64,000 nt of DNA from Bigelowiella natans CCMP2755. Taxonomy: Eukaryota; Protista; Cercozoa. The stretch lies in assembly GCA_000320545.1 (NCBI GenBank), contig ADNK01001700.1, positions 1 through 64,000 on the forward strand, read 5' to 3'. Both the position numbers and the translations under genes were made by a program. The notes under the pieces were generated by a model, which saw nothing but the letters and a program-made list of their open reading frames with translations, made no database searches and was not told the origin of the DNA. How positions within the stretch are numbered: position 1 is the first letter of the stretch; each line of letters begins with the position of its first letter. This document shows, piece after piece, positions 13,548 to 28,620 of this stretch.

Positions 13548-14757
13548 ATGATGCATGGTGAAGGTGATGAGGACGGGAGGGAGGGAGGACGTGGAGAAAC
13601 GCGGGGTGATAACAAAGTGAGTGCGATAGGCGGAGGCATGCAGTCACAAGACGCCACTGCGACAACTAGCTTTGGTGAAACTATATCATCTTTGATGAGC
13701 GGTGGAATTGACATTGACGACGTGCATCGAATGCTTGAACGCCACATGGAGGAGGGGGTTAATAATAAGGATGTCATTGATAAATTGTACCCCGTCGAGG
13801 ACACTTTAAAGCCCAAAACCTCACATAGAGAGCAGGAGTTGGAAATGGAGCTTCGTAAGGTGGAGGCTCGCCTCAAGAGAGCGACGATGACTGCAGATGA
13901 GGCGAAAGCAGATGCTGATAAACAAAAAGCAATTGTTTTCCAGCTCAAGGAGGAAAATCTACGTGTAGCTACCGAGAAGAAGAACCTTGAGAAATCTATT
14001 AAGCTGGCAGCAAATGCAGATGGCGCTAAGAACGACCTTGCTGGGGAGCTGCGTAAGGTAACCGAACTACTATTCCATCAAATTTATAGCTTGCAGAGTC
14101 GGCCTTTGAGCTTAACTTTCTCGTTCTCGCACCATAGACATATGAGGATCTCAGAGCAAAATATATGAATCTGAAAAAGAAGTATGCTATTGATCTGGAG
14201 CGATTCAAACGGTGCTATCCTAGTCTGTAGTAAATAGCCCTTTTTATGTGTCATCATTCTGCTACTCACCTCTCTAAAACCCAAACCCAGATACCAAGCC
14301 AAGAAAAAGTCCGAAATTCAGCTTCTTTCTCAAAAGTTGACGAAATCTCTGAAGACTCTGCAGTTAGGAGAACAGGTGCGTAAGTTCGAAATATGTATGC
14401 CTGTGACCACACAACGATTTGACCTGAGTTTGCACAGGAGATGATGGCTGCCAAGGAAGTGAAACAGGAATTCTTCCAGGTAGAATTTCTCAACTCAGTT
14501 TCTCTCTCACCTGTGATTTCGTGCTATACATTCTGACGAACGTTTCCTTGACACACACAGCTACGACAAAGACTGAGAGACGCTGAGATGGCTTTGGGCG
14601 AAGCTCGCGCCGAAGTCCAGGCATCGGATAAGTACAGGAGTGAACGTGATGCAAACTACGCAGCCTTAACTTTGGTACTAATACTACTAGTACTGCCACT
14701 GCTGCTACTTCTAGTACTACTACAACAATAACTACTACTACTACTACTACAACAATA

Positions 14758-14791
<34 letters not shown>

Positions 14792-17762
14792 GTAGTAGTA
14801 CAATACCGGAATATACCACCTTGGTATCTATCCCCTCTAAATGGTGTTCGACTACTATTTTCAGGTGAGGAGCCAATATGTCGAGCTTTCCCAGCAAATG
14901 GAAGTCCTCAAGGCGAGAAAGTCCGATTTCGAGCATCGGAGAGACAACAAGAGGAACGATGACGAAGTGCCAAAGCACCATGGTGACAATTCTGGATGCA
15001 TTGGTGGCGAAATAAAAGGGGGAAGGACTGATGCGCAGAGAGAATCGAAGCGAGAACATAATCTGCCCCACTCTCTAATTTCGCGCCATCAGAATAAGAG
15101 AAGACATCAGGTACAGAAGCAGCAGCAGCAGGAGCAGAAGGCGGAGGATGGATCAGCTACAGCATCATCATTTTACGATCTAAAAACTAGATCTCATGTA
15201 AGACCTGTAGCTTCATCAACAAGAGACAGTAAGAAGGCCAAAACAAATAATGGAGGGTTGGGGAAGACCGACCGCAGTACGGCTGTGTTGACGCCCTCTT
15301 CCCTATCTCGACGTGAGCTCAAGACAGTGGAGTTCTTTTTAAGATCGGAAGCCTTCAGAGCTGAAGCCCGGCAGGCTTTCCTAGCTGCAGTAGCAGAAGG
15401 GGACCAACAACCACTGGAAGTGTCTCGAGATAATCGTCGTCAACACCATCCGAGGGGAATTAGACTCGGGGAAGGCGTGCTGCCAGTTGCCGAATTCATG
15501 AAAGCAGTCGCCCCCCTTCTCGTGATCATCGTTGCGAGACTTCCAGAATTAGCACCCATTTTATCAGATAGTAGTAGAAGCGTGACTGACATTGAAGTTG
15601 GGAAGCTATTACGTTCTTTCGAAGGGCGAGACACTTTGAGTATTAGCGAGGGTCTTTTCCTTACTTTATCGCGTGAATATATACGCATGTGTTGCCTTTC
15701 GCTATACGTTGAGGAATGGCAACAGGTTCTCTCTTGCTGTAGTAACCAAGTTGATAGTAATGAGGAACATCTCACAGCAGAATCCGAAGGAGGCGGCCTT
15801 TACAAGGCTAATAAAATAGTTCGTCGCCGTCATCCTAGCGCCCGAAGAAACGCTCTATCCATGAAAGTGGATCTTATACATCCAGCAAAACTACCAGTTG
15901 AAGCATTAACTCTTCGGTTGGACATTGACTACAATACAAGGATAATGTCAGAAAAGGATGCGGATGTCAATCCGCGGTTCCAGGATTTGCATACGATTCG
16001 TAAGCCAAACATGGAAGCAGCTGTCGTAGAGCCTCAACTCCCACCCACGGAGGACACAAGTATTCCGTCCCAGGACATCCATGAAAAACGTGTTTTCGGT
16101 TTTGAGCACAGGCTGGGAGTGTATTTGTTGGATGACCGAAAGAGGAAAGTACTGTTTGCCAGCGGGATGTTTATCGTGGAAGAAGATTTGGACTCCGGAG
16201 AGCAGATTTTCAATAAATGCGAAAGCAGAGTCTGTTGTTTCGCCATATCAAATGACGAAAACAACCGGACCCTAGTCGCAGCGGGCACTTCTGCTTGCAT
16301 CCTCGATGGCACTACTCCCTGTGACGCAAGCATCGTAGTGTTCAATAGGAAGAATGGCTGTATTCTACGTTGTGCGAAGGCCCACAAAAGCGAGGTATTA
16401 GCGTTGGATTTCTCGCATGACAATTCATATTTGGCTTCTATCGGTGGATGCCCTCGGATTAGGGGGGACACGCTAATAAAAGTCTGGAGGATCATCGAAG
16501 ATTCTCGTAGCATTATTCAGGTGGCAAGTCGGCGTATTGGACGTAGCGAAGGGCTTATAAGAAGGTAAAATGCTAGCATTCGTCTTGGAGATAATAGTGG
16601 GGGGAAATAGAGAGCACGTTCTGGGCTTAAAAAATATAATTGTAGACTATGCAGAGTTACGAATAGAAATATACATTATTTCTCCTATTTGTCAGGGTGA
16701 AGTGGTCACCTAACTCGCGGCGTTTTTTTACTATCGGAGAGCGCCATCTGGAAGAATGGGAAGTAGAGGAGGAGCATCATCATCTGCGAAAGATGGAAAT
16801 CGAGGTCAATTCCAGCAGCAAGTTGAGTCCCTTTCCTTCGCTTTTGTGCTGCACGCATGATGCAGACGGAAGCCTGTGGGTAGGATGTCGTGGAGTTTTC
16901 GGGGATGCATACCGAGTCAAAGATGGAAGGGCGCTGGGAAAGCAAATTCTCCACAATGGAGGGTCGGTGACATGCATCTGTAAATACCAGGACGGTTTCA
17001 TCAGTGCTGGAGAGATAGGTGGAATATGTGTTGTGGACGGCAAAGGCCAAATCATACGCTCAATAAAGCTACCCGAAGAAGGCGTGGTTTCTCTTAGCGT
17101 TCTCAACGAGTCTGTTGTCATCACGACGATGTCAGGTTCGGTGTATTTCGTGGAGACACTCTGCCAGATTCGCTCTCTTGAATCGCTGTTCCCTATTATG
17201 CAAGCTAATCCGGACGGCGTGGCTGAAATGGATGTTTTCTTCTTGAAATCTAGAAGCGAAGCAGGGGAGGGCAAGGAAGAGAAGGAGGAGGAGGAGGGAG
17301 AAAAGGAACTCAGGGGGAGGATTATAACGGCGGGTTCTAATGGAAGTTTCGTCATGTTTGAGCTTAATAATTCAAAGAGAATTACTAGGACGACACTATC
17401 AAGGAGGATGATGATGATATGTCATGATTTCCAAGGGCTAGGTGCTGTACGGTTTTCTCCTGACGGAAAACAAATTGCAGTGGGCCACAAGGAAGGCGTA
17501 TCCATTCTAGACGCTTCGTCCCTGGAAGTGCTTGTTCACATCGAATTGGAGAAAAACTTCCCTGAGAAAGACAGAAATCGTAAGGATTCTGAGGACGACG
17601 AAGAAGATAGAGGTGACAGCAGTCAACAAGCTAGGATCACAAGAAAAACCTGGAAGATGGTCACGTGCTTAGCTTACTCACCACAAGGGGGAGGGGGGTT
17701 GACAAGTAGCAGCACCCTCCTCGCTGTTGGCACGGCTGCAGGAGTAGTGCACATTATCGACT

Positions 17763-17796
<34 letters not shown>

Positions 17797-18195
17797 AAAG
17801 AGCTCGGAGGGAAAAACGACCTTGCTATCATCGATACAATCTAATATGTATTCAGTACGCCACATCGACTTCGGAGTCGCTTCGATCACCCCTTCTTCTC
17901 TGACAAGAAGCAAAGGATCATTAAAGCACAATGACGGTGCTAAAAGAAGAGGAGGCTCGGCCTCCGATTTCCAGCACGCTATTATCAGAACCGCCGACAC
18001 AGGAAATCAGATTTCGTACATATCAATTGATACGCATACGTGCAGACAGCGTCTCCTCTCGCCATCCTCCTCCTCCTTCAAGGAGCATCTCGAAAAGATA
18101 AAATGGCTAGGGTATTCCTGCCCCTTTGTGTGGGGCACTCAAGGCTGCGGAGGACCCACACATCAGCACCAACTTGAACTCGAATGTGTTGCTGC

Positions 18196-18229
<34 letters not shown>

Positions 18230-21200
18230 TATAGCAGTAATAGTAGTGCGGATGACAACACTAACAGCCTAGTAGTAATGGGGGACTCTTTCGGCGCCAT
18301 TTCTCTATTCAGATTTCCCTGTTTGAGAAATGACAACGGACATCGACGGAAACGTGCACATTGCGGCGGGGTAAAGGACCTTCGATTTTTAAATCGATCT
18401 GTTGTTAGCCTGGGAGGGGATGGAACTGTACTACTCTGGGAGCTACAAACCCCCCCAGATAAATATAGAAAATACTCCTGGGAAGAGGAAGAAGCCTCGG
18501 ATAAAAACGCGAAAGAAAAATATAAGAAGGCGCGCCTAAAAAGGATGAAATCGAAGCTAAGCCCTTCTACAAAGTCGAAGCAGCGGCAAGAAGAATTCGT
18601 ATTCCTTGCTGATAAGAAACATCAGTCGTCAACTCAGGTCCTCACACTCTCTCTGCTGATTAACCACGCTGATAAATTGACGAGAGAGGCAGTTTTTGTT
18701 CAAAAATGTCGGCTGCAGTTTAGAAAAACAGATCGTCAATTCTTGGGCAGGATTCCAGTTTCTTGCGCAAAAGACATTGTGCGCCAAATTTGGAACGATT
18801 TCAGGGCAGAGCACAAGGACTTTGCCACTTGTTATTCAGCCGAAATATCGGATATAATATTTGACGCAGCGAGGGCCTTAGAGGATGATGAGCAAAATCT
18901 GTACGATGGAAGCTGTATGGTGGAAGGAGAATTCGATGAAGAAGGACTCATAAACTTTGCTCGTGGAACTATCGTACGAAATACTGCAGAAATGTTTCAA
19001 GATCCAGGAATCCAAGATATACATGTTGGGGGTCAGCATCATCTTAGTAGAAACAGTCCATCTTACTTGCATTCCCGCTTTCGGAATGGTATAGAAGCAG
19101 CTGGTGAGATTCCTCGTCTAGATTTGAAATTGGAATGGGCATATGGCTACAATTCAAGCTCATCCTATGGCTCCAATCTATACTTTGATCCGTTTGGAAG
19201 GGCCATATATCCTGCCGCGGGGGTGGTCGTAGCTTTTGACGTTGAGCACCACCACCAATCTCACTACATCGCAGGAGAAGAAGTAGTATGCATGTGCAAG
19301 GCCCACCATGATCCATCTCTGTTTGCCATTGCCACCACAAAAGGAGGGGGAGGCGGGGGAGGCGAAACAGAAATCACTGTTGACATCCATATCGTTAGCT
19401 CCTCATCAATAGGCGGCAAGGCCTTGCTTCCCAAGTTCGTTATATTAAAAGGAGCTCACAAAGGAGGGGTAGCCACTATGGGATTCTCGGCTGATGGAAA
19501 TCTGCTTGCATCTGTCGACTCCAAACCGCCATACAAAATCAAACTCTGGGCCTGGAAGGAAGGATTACAGGTAGTGTACAAAGAGTCCAAACGAGTAGGA
19601 GGCAATAGTGATGAGAAGACGATGTTCCCGATATACGATCTCCAATGGCATATGCGAAACAATAACGAATTCGTGGTCGTGGGGAAAAAGTACGTGGTAT
19701 TCTACTCGGTAGTACGTGATGAGGATGATGACTCAAGAACCATTACTCTCAAAAGTAGCAGCAGCAGCAGTGTTCCAACCAATTACTCGACAACGGCAGC
19801 AGCAGGAATCATCAGATGCGAGAAAACGTTTATCTGCTGCACCTACATGGAAAATGGCGCGGTAGCGGTGGCAACAAAGGGAGAGGGATCTATTCATGTG
19901 TTTCGAAATTTCAGTTTCGAAACTACTATCAAAGCTCACAGGGGTACCGTCTTATCCCTGACGCAGTGGAAAGAGGGTATTATCAGCGGGGGTATGGATG
20001 GAAAACTCATCACGTGGAAATTGAAGCAGGATGGAGCAAAAACAAAGTTGTTACCGATTGCCTCAATGGAGACAAGATATGCAATAAAATCAATTGATGC
20101 CTTCGAGGAGAAGCTGCTGATCGGCACGAGCTCTTCGCATATATTCCATCTCACCAATTGGCTTCGAGCCCGTGAGCAGAAAACTATGCAGCCTTCTATG
20201 TTGTTCCATGAGATCGACGTATTAGCAGTCGGGATAGTTGGAAACTCCAATGTTGCAATTACCATAGGTAGTGACAATTCCATTCGAAGTTGGGACCTAA
20301 ATACAAAACTTCAGCTCCAAAAAGGGTCTCTGAGTGATTATCCTGGCTTACAGCTACGTGAAGGCTTTGAAAGTCCCTCTGCAAGCGCCACCTGCCTTGC
20401 GGTTCACCCTGAGGAACTCTATTTAGCACTCGGTACTAGAGCTGGAACAATCTTAATTTTCGATCTGGATACTTTTGAAATAATACGAGGGCGCGATCTC
20501 GGGCCTATAGGAAGCACGGACAACCAAAGGAGGAACCTGCTGCTACCAGCTATTACGTGCGTACAATACTCGCCAATGGGCGACGTCCTCGTAGTTGGCA
20601 CCGAGCACGGATCAATTATCCTATGCGATGTGCCCGAAAAATACTCCCCTAAATGTGTGCTGTTGCCTTTCCCACCACCGTGTAAAAAACACGTTCATCG
20701 TTGCTTTATCTCGAAGATGGATTGGTCAGAAGACGGACGCTTTGTCCGCATTCTGAATGGCGAAGGGAGCATTTCTGCTATCCGTGTTGAACCCTCAAAT
20801 TTAGGGCGCTCTTCTTCTTCTTCTCTTATACTGGATGATAGTATTGTTGTTGGACAAGGCTGCACCTCCGTGAAATGGTCTTCGCAGCACTGTGTCGTCG
20901 ATAGATTGAAAATACCATCATCGTCTGACCAATCTAGGTCGTAGTCTACATACCTATTATCCTTTCTTCATGCTTAAATTTTCTGTCTGTCTGTTGATAG
21001 ATATGATAGATTATGCGACTGTTGTATCAAGCAGCTCCTTTTTTTTTTGGTTTCGAGTGTGATATTTGTGTTCTCTCTATGTTATGATTAATAGGACGCA
21101 ACCATTGTACTGCTTGGATGTTCATTCTGAAGACCCTGTCGGTGTTCTCATCGATTCGGACGGATCAATGGCCATTACTTGTCTTGAGTCGTCTTTCATC

Positions 21201-24200
21201 AAAAAGGAGTTGGGATTACGGCGGTATAGCGGCCATCTCGCATGCAGCCAAGCGCAATTCGCTGACCATGGCCGCAAGTTAGTCTCGATTGGAAGGGGGC
21301 GCACTATGTTACAATGGAGATACCGAAATACAGCAGCAGCAGCAGCAGCAGCAGCATCGTCGAAGAGACTTACCGTTCTTTCGGACACAAGAAGGGTTCC
21401 GAGAGCTCTTGAGAAACTTCGCAGCCAGGAGGAGAAAAAGGCATTCACTCGCGCGACAAATGTCGAGGCGCTAAAACGAGCGATTCGGGCGAAGCCTGAG
21501 GCCTTCGCCAAAAGGGCTTTGGAGGAGCTACAGAAAATAGGGAAAAAATCTACAGATGCGCAGTTGAGTGCGGAGGATTGCCGTGAGTGCCTTCAAAGTA
21601 TGTGGACATGGATGCTCGACAACTGGAAGGGCGATCGCTGGAAGTGCCTTTCCCGCCAAATATGTCCCCAGACGAGCTCTGAGCTTACCGAATCGTTTAA
21701 CTTGGAGACTGGGCGGTCGGTCTCCGGATCTACTTGGGAGGAGTTTTGCACATTCTCCATGACGCATCTTGTAGCTCTGAACTGGATGACTCATATAGGC
21801 TTCCCCCTAGAGGACAGCAGCACACTGCACACAATACGATCCGCCCACTTGGGTGTGGTGCTTTCAGATGTCACTAAAAAGAATAACCTTTCCCAGCTCA
21901 AAGATTATGCTGTCGCTGAGGAGTACTACAAAGATCCCGAAGATACAAGATGGAGAATGGAGATTGAAGATAAACAGCTGATTCCGTTGCAACGACTTGA
22001 CCAAAAGCCCCAACAGCACCATGGGGGTGGTGGCAAGAGCAGGAAGGGAAATGGGAGCGCGCAGCGAAAATTTGAGCCTGGTAAACCCGAGGAAACCGAC
22101 GAAAAAGAGACTGCTTCGAGGGTGTCCTCCGTTTCAGTCCCCTGTTCAGAGGTCCTTGACCCTACTACCCCTACAGAGTCCCAACTTCAAAGCTTCGATA
22201 AGAGAATGCCTAATCAACAACTTAAGCCCGCATGGGTATATGGTTACAATTTAAGCGCATCCACAAACAATATTCTCTACGACGGATGCGGCCATTTGGT
22301 GTACCCTGCCGCTTGCTTTGCCATTGTTTTCAACCCAGCTACACATTCACAGAGATATCACAACTCAAACGGTGGCCAGATTCTTTCTCTTGCGAGGAAT
22401 CCGGTTGATCCTCAGGTCATTGCTATAGCGGAGGCCGCGACTGTGACAAACGGAGTGAAAAGTATGCTTCCTCAGGTGTCGGTGTTCCACTCTCTTAGTT
22501 TTGTGTCGTTCCGCATCCCGAATGTCATGAAGCATGCCGTCGTATCGGTATCATTTTCATGCGATGGAAAGTTCCTTGCCACCGCACAAGCAGATTCGGC
22601 TACATTGGCTGTATGGGATTGGAGAACAGGGAAAAACATGGCCACGGAAACTGCCCCTCGAGGCAAAATCGTCCAGATCAAATGGAGCAACGTTGATGTA
22701 GGGTCACTTATTTCTGTTGGTCGTTGCCACGCCTACTTCTGGACATGGGAATCCCAACCAGGAAATTGCTCACTTCGGTGCACCGAAGCGTTGACGAAGA
22801 AAAATGGGAAAAGGAACACCACATTTTCGTTGCAGACTTTCTGTAGCGTAGCGCATTTCCCGGCTGGCAAGGTAGCTGTTGGAGCATCTGGTGATGGCCA
22901 AGTCCACATCTTCGATGCTTCGAGTAAGGCTTTGGTGGAGAGCAAGATTATCTATCGTACATCATCGCTTTCTTGTATTTGCGACTGGGACAGCACAATG
23001 AAGATAAAAGGCGGTATTATCGCTGCGAGCGATCAAGGCCATATCACAGGAATAAACGAAAATTTTGAAAAAGCCTTCTTTTTGCAGTTTAAAGGAGAAG
23101 CTATTCACGCAATAACAGTGTTCAATAACCGACTTGCAGTGGGCACTCGAGCAGGCAAGATATACGAAGTAAACCATTTCTGCTCTTCAAAACATGGAGC
23201 AGCAGCTGCTACTGCTGCTGCTAAGAAAAGACTCGTTGTGGTTGGACACTCGAAAGGCGAACTCCAAGCGTGTGCAATGGATCCTAAAAATCCCAAAAGG
23301 GTATTGACGGCTGCAGAAGATGGGAAAATAATTGCATGGAATCTTGAACAGCATTCTCACGTGAGTATACATGATGTTGCGCCGCCATCCGATAAGAGCC
23401 AGGGTGGCCAGGAAGCCCTCAGTCTGGCCATATCAGCAGACGGTGCGTATTTGGTCGTAGGGGTAGTGTCAGGAAGTTTGCATATCTATGACGCAGTTAC
23501 AATGAGTCATTTAACGTCACGGGAAATCGCCTCATATTCCCTTGAGCGTATTGTGAAGCTCGGTGCAAGTGTCGGAATTCGGGCCCTCAAATACAGCCCG
23601 GACAGTCGTGTTTTGGCTGCTGCGGGCGATGGAATGGTCGTGGTACTTCTCGATGCTACGCGAGATCACTTAGTATCCTGTGTTCTTTCCGCTCACACCG
23701 CTCCAATCCAGGCATTGGACTGGTCAGCTGACGGCATACTGCTTCGATCTGTGTGCAAAGAAGGTGTACTTCACTACTGGGATGTTGATACCACCTCACG
23801 GAAGACCCACCGCTCGAAATTGCATCTTCCTCGTTCCTCCCCCGTGATCCAAGACGCATCCTGGCAAACTTCCAACTGTACGGCAGGGTGGGAGGTTCGC
23901 GGTACGATCCATACGTCAACTGGGCTTAATGCTGTGGACCTCATGAGAAAGAGAGGAGGAGGAGGCGGCGGCATATTGATCACTGGCGACGATTTTGGCT
24001 TAGTAAGCTTGTTTCGATGGCCATGTGCGAGCTCCCATCACGGCCAAAGGGCATTCCATGCACATTCCCATCCATGCTTGGGAGTCAAATTTGGACTCGA
24101 TGGAAATACAGCGATTTCCCTAGGAGGGAGAGATAAAGCTATTGTGCAATGGGACCTCTTCGACGACACTTTGTGCCATCAGTACGGAAAGAGCACCGGT

Positions 24201-25890
24201 GATGATGATGATGATGATGATGACACACCGCTTCCTGCTTATATTGATGCGCCTAAACAAAAGAAACAAGAGGGGAGAAAGAGTAGTGATTTTGACATGA
24301 TCTTGGATCGTCTTGACAACCTACTGGATTCGAAACAATTTCGTATCATTACGCGAAAGTGTTTTGTTGATTTAGTTATTGCAGACACGGGAAACCCCCA
24401 AGGCCAGCACCTCTCGAGGAGGCAGCTCATTGTTATTACGTGTAGACTATGGGAATGGGTTCAGCGTAAATTGAAAATTCAGGGCAATCTCGACGAGAGG
24501 AGCATAACCACTACTGACAGAAATGCCGTCGTAAAGATGCTGGTTCAGCGATATGTTGCGGGAGGAGGTGACTCTGAGAAAAGCAGTGATAAAAATGAGA
24601 GGAAGCATCGAAAGGGTAATAGCAAAGTCGTAAATATGCGTGGAAAAGAGCTACCCGAAGCTATACTGTCCAATCTTTCAGAGAGACAATTTCTTATTGC
24701 AAGTCGCCGCTTAATTAGGGATATTTTCAGCGAGATGTTCGAGGAACGAGGCTGTCGCGATGGCCTAGGCCCAGAACGAAGAATCAATCCAGTTGTTCTA
24801 AAAAACGTGCTACCGGATGCTAAAGCGGTGGAAAAGCTCAGGTTAGAATGTGGGGTGACACTAATGAGACCTCGAGATGTCGTCAACATCCCAAGGTACA
24901 CAGCAGGGTTATCGTTGGATCTTCCGATTCCCTTACAGCACCAGCAGCCAATTGGTAGTAGGAGGAAAAACACTATCCGCAACCTTTTTCCTAAGGAGGC
25001 GGCGACTTTAGAAAGGCCTCAAGAAGGAGGGAAGTCAAAAGAAGCAGCTGCTCGAGAAACGTTCAGCAGTAACAGCAAGTCAATCGGCAAGTATATGAAA
25101 CGAATCTTGGTGCACGGAGAGGCAATTCAGCCGTGGAGACGTGTGGTCCACCTCCTCAAACCGTCGTCCAATCCAAAGCGGAACGTTACAAGAATGCCTG
25201 AAAAGAAACTCGAAATCGATTGGGTGCACGGATATAACCCTGTTGACTCGCGCTCGAACGTAGTCCTAAATTCTGCTGGGGAGGTGGTATATCCTTGCGC
25301 GTCGCTGATAGTCGTGTACGACCCCAAAGAGCACTCGCAAAGAATCCTTCGAGGTCATACTTCAGACGTTCGGTGTCTTGCCCAAAATCCTGCAGATTGT
25401 GACATAATCGCTTCAGGTCAAGCTGGCTTCATCTCTAGTGATGGGACTGTTGCTCCACCGATGATTTGTTTGTTTAATACAAGAAACCCAAAACAGAAGT
25501 GGGTCATTCGTGAAGCCCATTTTCGTGCGGTGCGAGCGATGGCGTTCAATGCAAATGGCAAGATTCTTGCCTCTGTTGGAGAAGACCCCGAGGCAACGCT
25601 AAAGCTCTGGGCAGTGAAGCAGTCAAAATGGGTTTTTGAGACCACGCATACAAGTAAGGATTGTGGAATTGATCTACAGTTTTTTGTTCTTTTGTTGTAA
25701 TTGTTGTCATTCATGCATCGTTTTGATGGAGCTTGACCACAATATACTGGTGGTTGCTGATCCTCCGCTGGTGGGAAAAATCGTATCCCAACGTCGACAC
25801 AACGCAATTCCTGCACCCCTCACCAGTAGTAGCAAAAGATGATGTTCCACAAAACTAGACATTGCCTCAAACAATGACCGATTGACACTG

Positions 25891-25926
<36 letters not shown>

Positions 25927-26166
25927 CTATATACATACACAAGGCTACTTAGCCAATACATTGAGTGCGTGCAGCCCGTGAGCCCCATAATGGAAATATA
26001 GATGCTACATTTAATCATCACGCCTGTTCCCCCTCCCCTTCTTTTGATAGGCAAAAAGAGTGGTTTGTGCTACGGAGTGGCTTGGAGTGCTAGCGACAAT
26101 TCAAGATTTGTTACCATTGGTAACAATGGAATATGCGTCTGGTACCGCAACTATAATTACTACTAT

Positions 26167-26199
<33 letters not shown>

Positions 26200-28588
26200 C
26201 ACTACTACCACTACTACTACTACTACTACATATTTTTGATTGCCACAATGAAGAAGTAAAAGAGACGGTCAATCGGCAACCGTGTACGTGAGGACTTCTT
26301 CTTTTCCACATCTTCGATGGGAGAAGTCAGATTTAAAAAATGGGAGGGAGGAGAAGCAAATAGAAAGATAAATCCGCATCTTGAGTGTGACAATCTTCTG
26401 CATTCAATAGGCAATATAGAATGGGAGTTCTTTCTGCTTCAAAGATTGAATTATGCGAGCCTCATCGGGATCTAAGGTGATACTTTTATTACATATCGTC
26501 ATCTGTTTGCAGTTTTGGGAGAAAATATTGAATTACCACATGTCGTATGTTAATTCATTTGAAACTTGAAGAATGTTTATACAGTAGCACCCTTAATGCT
26601 GCAACCGCGGATCCATATTCCATAATATATATGTACACAATTGATATATTGAATATAATAATGGATATACGGTGCAATCCATACTGTTACATTGAATCGC
26701 TGCTGCAGACGTAAAATGTTGTTTATGTTTTAGGTTCCAGCAACCAATGAGCGTAGGATTTGACCAGAACAGTGAAAACAGATTCATCGTTGGAATGCAA
26801 GGGACTGGAAATTTACACATCTTCGAGGTACTACTGACGTGGAACAATCCATCCACGTCATACATTCGATGATCCCGTCACCTGCTCAATTACTCACACG
26901 GGATTGATTGATTTGACCACAAAATACATACTACTCGTCTTGTCATCCTTTTGTATTTCAGGATGAAAAGCTAGTGGAGACCAAAAAGTGTCACTACGGA
27001 TCCTGTAACTCGATTTCGACTTCAAAGGTGTGGAGGAGAAGACAAGGAGAGCATTAATCGTCAATGAAAATGGAGGATTTGATAGTGATAATTTTGAGAT
27101 CATCATCTTGCTGCTGCTGCTGCTGCTGCCTTTGATTATTAATCAAATGCTTTGTTAAATTGCTCCTCCTACCCCTACTACTACTATGGTTATTAGGACT
27201 GGTTTGTGGCTGGATGTAGCGATGGCAAAGTGACTCTCATAAATCCAACCAATCTCGAGATTGAAAAAACGATCCAGGTGCTATTTTGAGCACACTGAGC
27301 ACACTAAACATACACATGTTGTCCTCTCTCTTATCGGTGGTTTGTATGTAATCAAGTGTAATAATCTTTAAACTATACACGGACGTACACAAGCTGCTGC
27401 TGCTGCGCCAAAATTAAGTTGAATGGTGCTGTATTTATGTTGGGTGATGGTGGTGTCCAATACAATGATCAGTTTCCAAGTGGGGTTAGAAGCGTAAATT
27501 TACTACAAAACGCAATGGTTGCTGGCACTGTGGATGGGAAGGTACCATTAAAAAATCAACGGCTCAAAGTATATATTACTTTCGTTAGGGATAGGATATC
27601 TGCACTTCTTTTCTCGATTAAAGCCGCACTACTTTCTGAAAACATCATTGTTTCAAAACCCCCCCCCTTAAATTTGGGCGTGTAGAGGGAACTAGGGAGA
27701 AGGGAGGATCTGCACAGCAGCAGCCTAGATTTTCCTTTGTTCCTTTTTTCAATATTTTTCTCTCAAATTTATTATTCTGCACCACCACCACCCTCCTCCT
27801 CGCTGATAGTGCTGCTGCTGCTGCTGCTGTTACTCTTCTTACTGCCATCGTCATCAGATCTACATCGTCGATGACTTGAAGAGATTCAAGCCACACCATG
27901 ATCTTCCCGCACCAGTGGTAGAAGTACATTGTGGTGGGGGGCTGCTTAAAGGGATCGACTCGCATCCCTTATCCGTCAGTGGCCACGAGGAGTACGTCAC
28001 AGCCGGCGACGATGGCTTGGTGTGTAGATGGTCGGTACGAATGCGCAAACCTTTACGATATGCACGGCTCAAAAGGTGGACAAGAAGAAGTAGTAGAAGA
28101 AGAGATATTCTTCAGCAGAGACAAACAATCAATAAAAACGACGACGACTCGAAGAAAGAGCTGAATTCCACGGTGCAGCGGCACAATAGCGATAGCGAAG
28201 AAGCGAGGGAGGAGGTAAAAGAAAGTCTGCAGCATCAGCACCAGGCGCATAAATCGTCATCTTACCATCGGCACAATATTGAATATCTTCCTTCCTTATC
28301 GTCCTCCGCCTCTGCAAGAAGTGTCTGCTACAGCCCTTCTGGCGAGCATTTAGCCGTTGGAACCCGGGATGGGGCACTCCACGTATTAAGATGCAAAGAC
28401 ATGCAAACCATTTCCCACCATCAGCTCTCCGATTACTTTGGATCACTATTATCCTCATCATCAGTGATGGGTAACGACAGAAATACGAAAGACATAATCT
28501 CTGGTGGTGGTGGTGGTGGTGGTGGTGGTGGTGGTGGTGGTTTAGATGATGCTGGCCAGGATGACTACTTCCACCATAGTAGCAGTAA

Positions 28589-28620
<32 letters not shown>

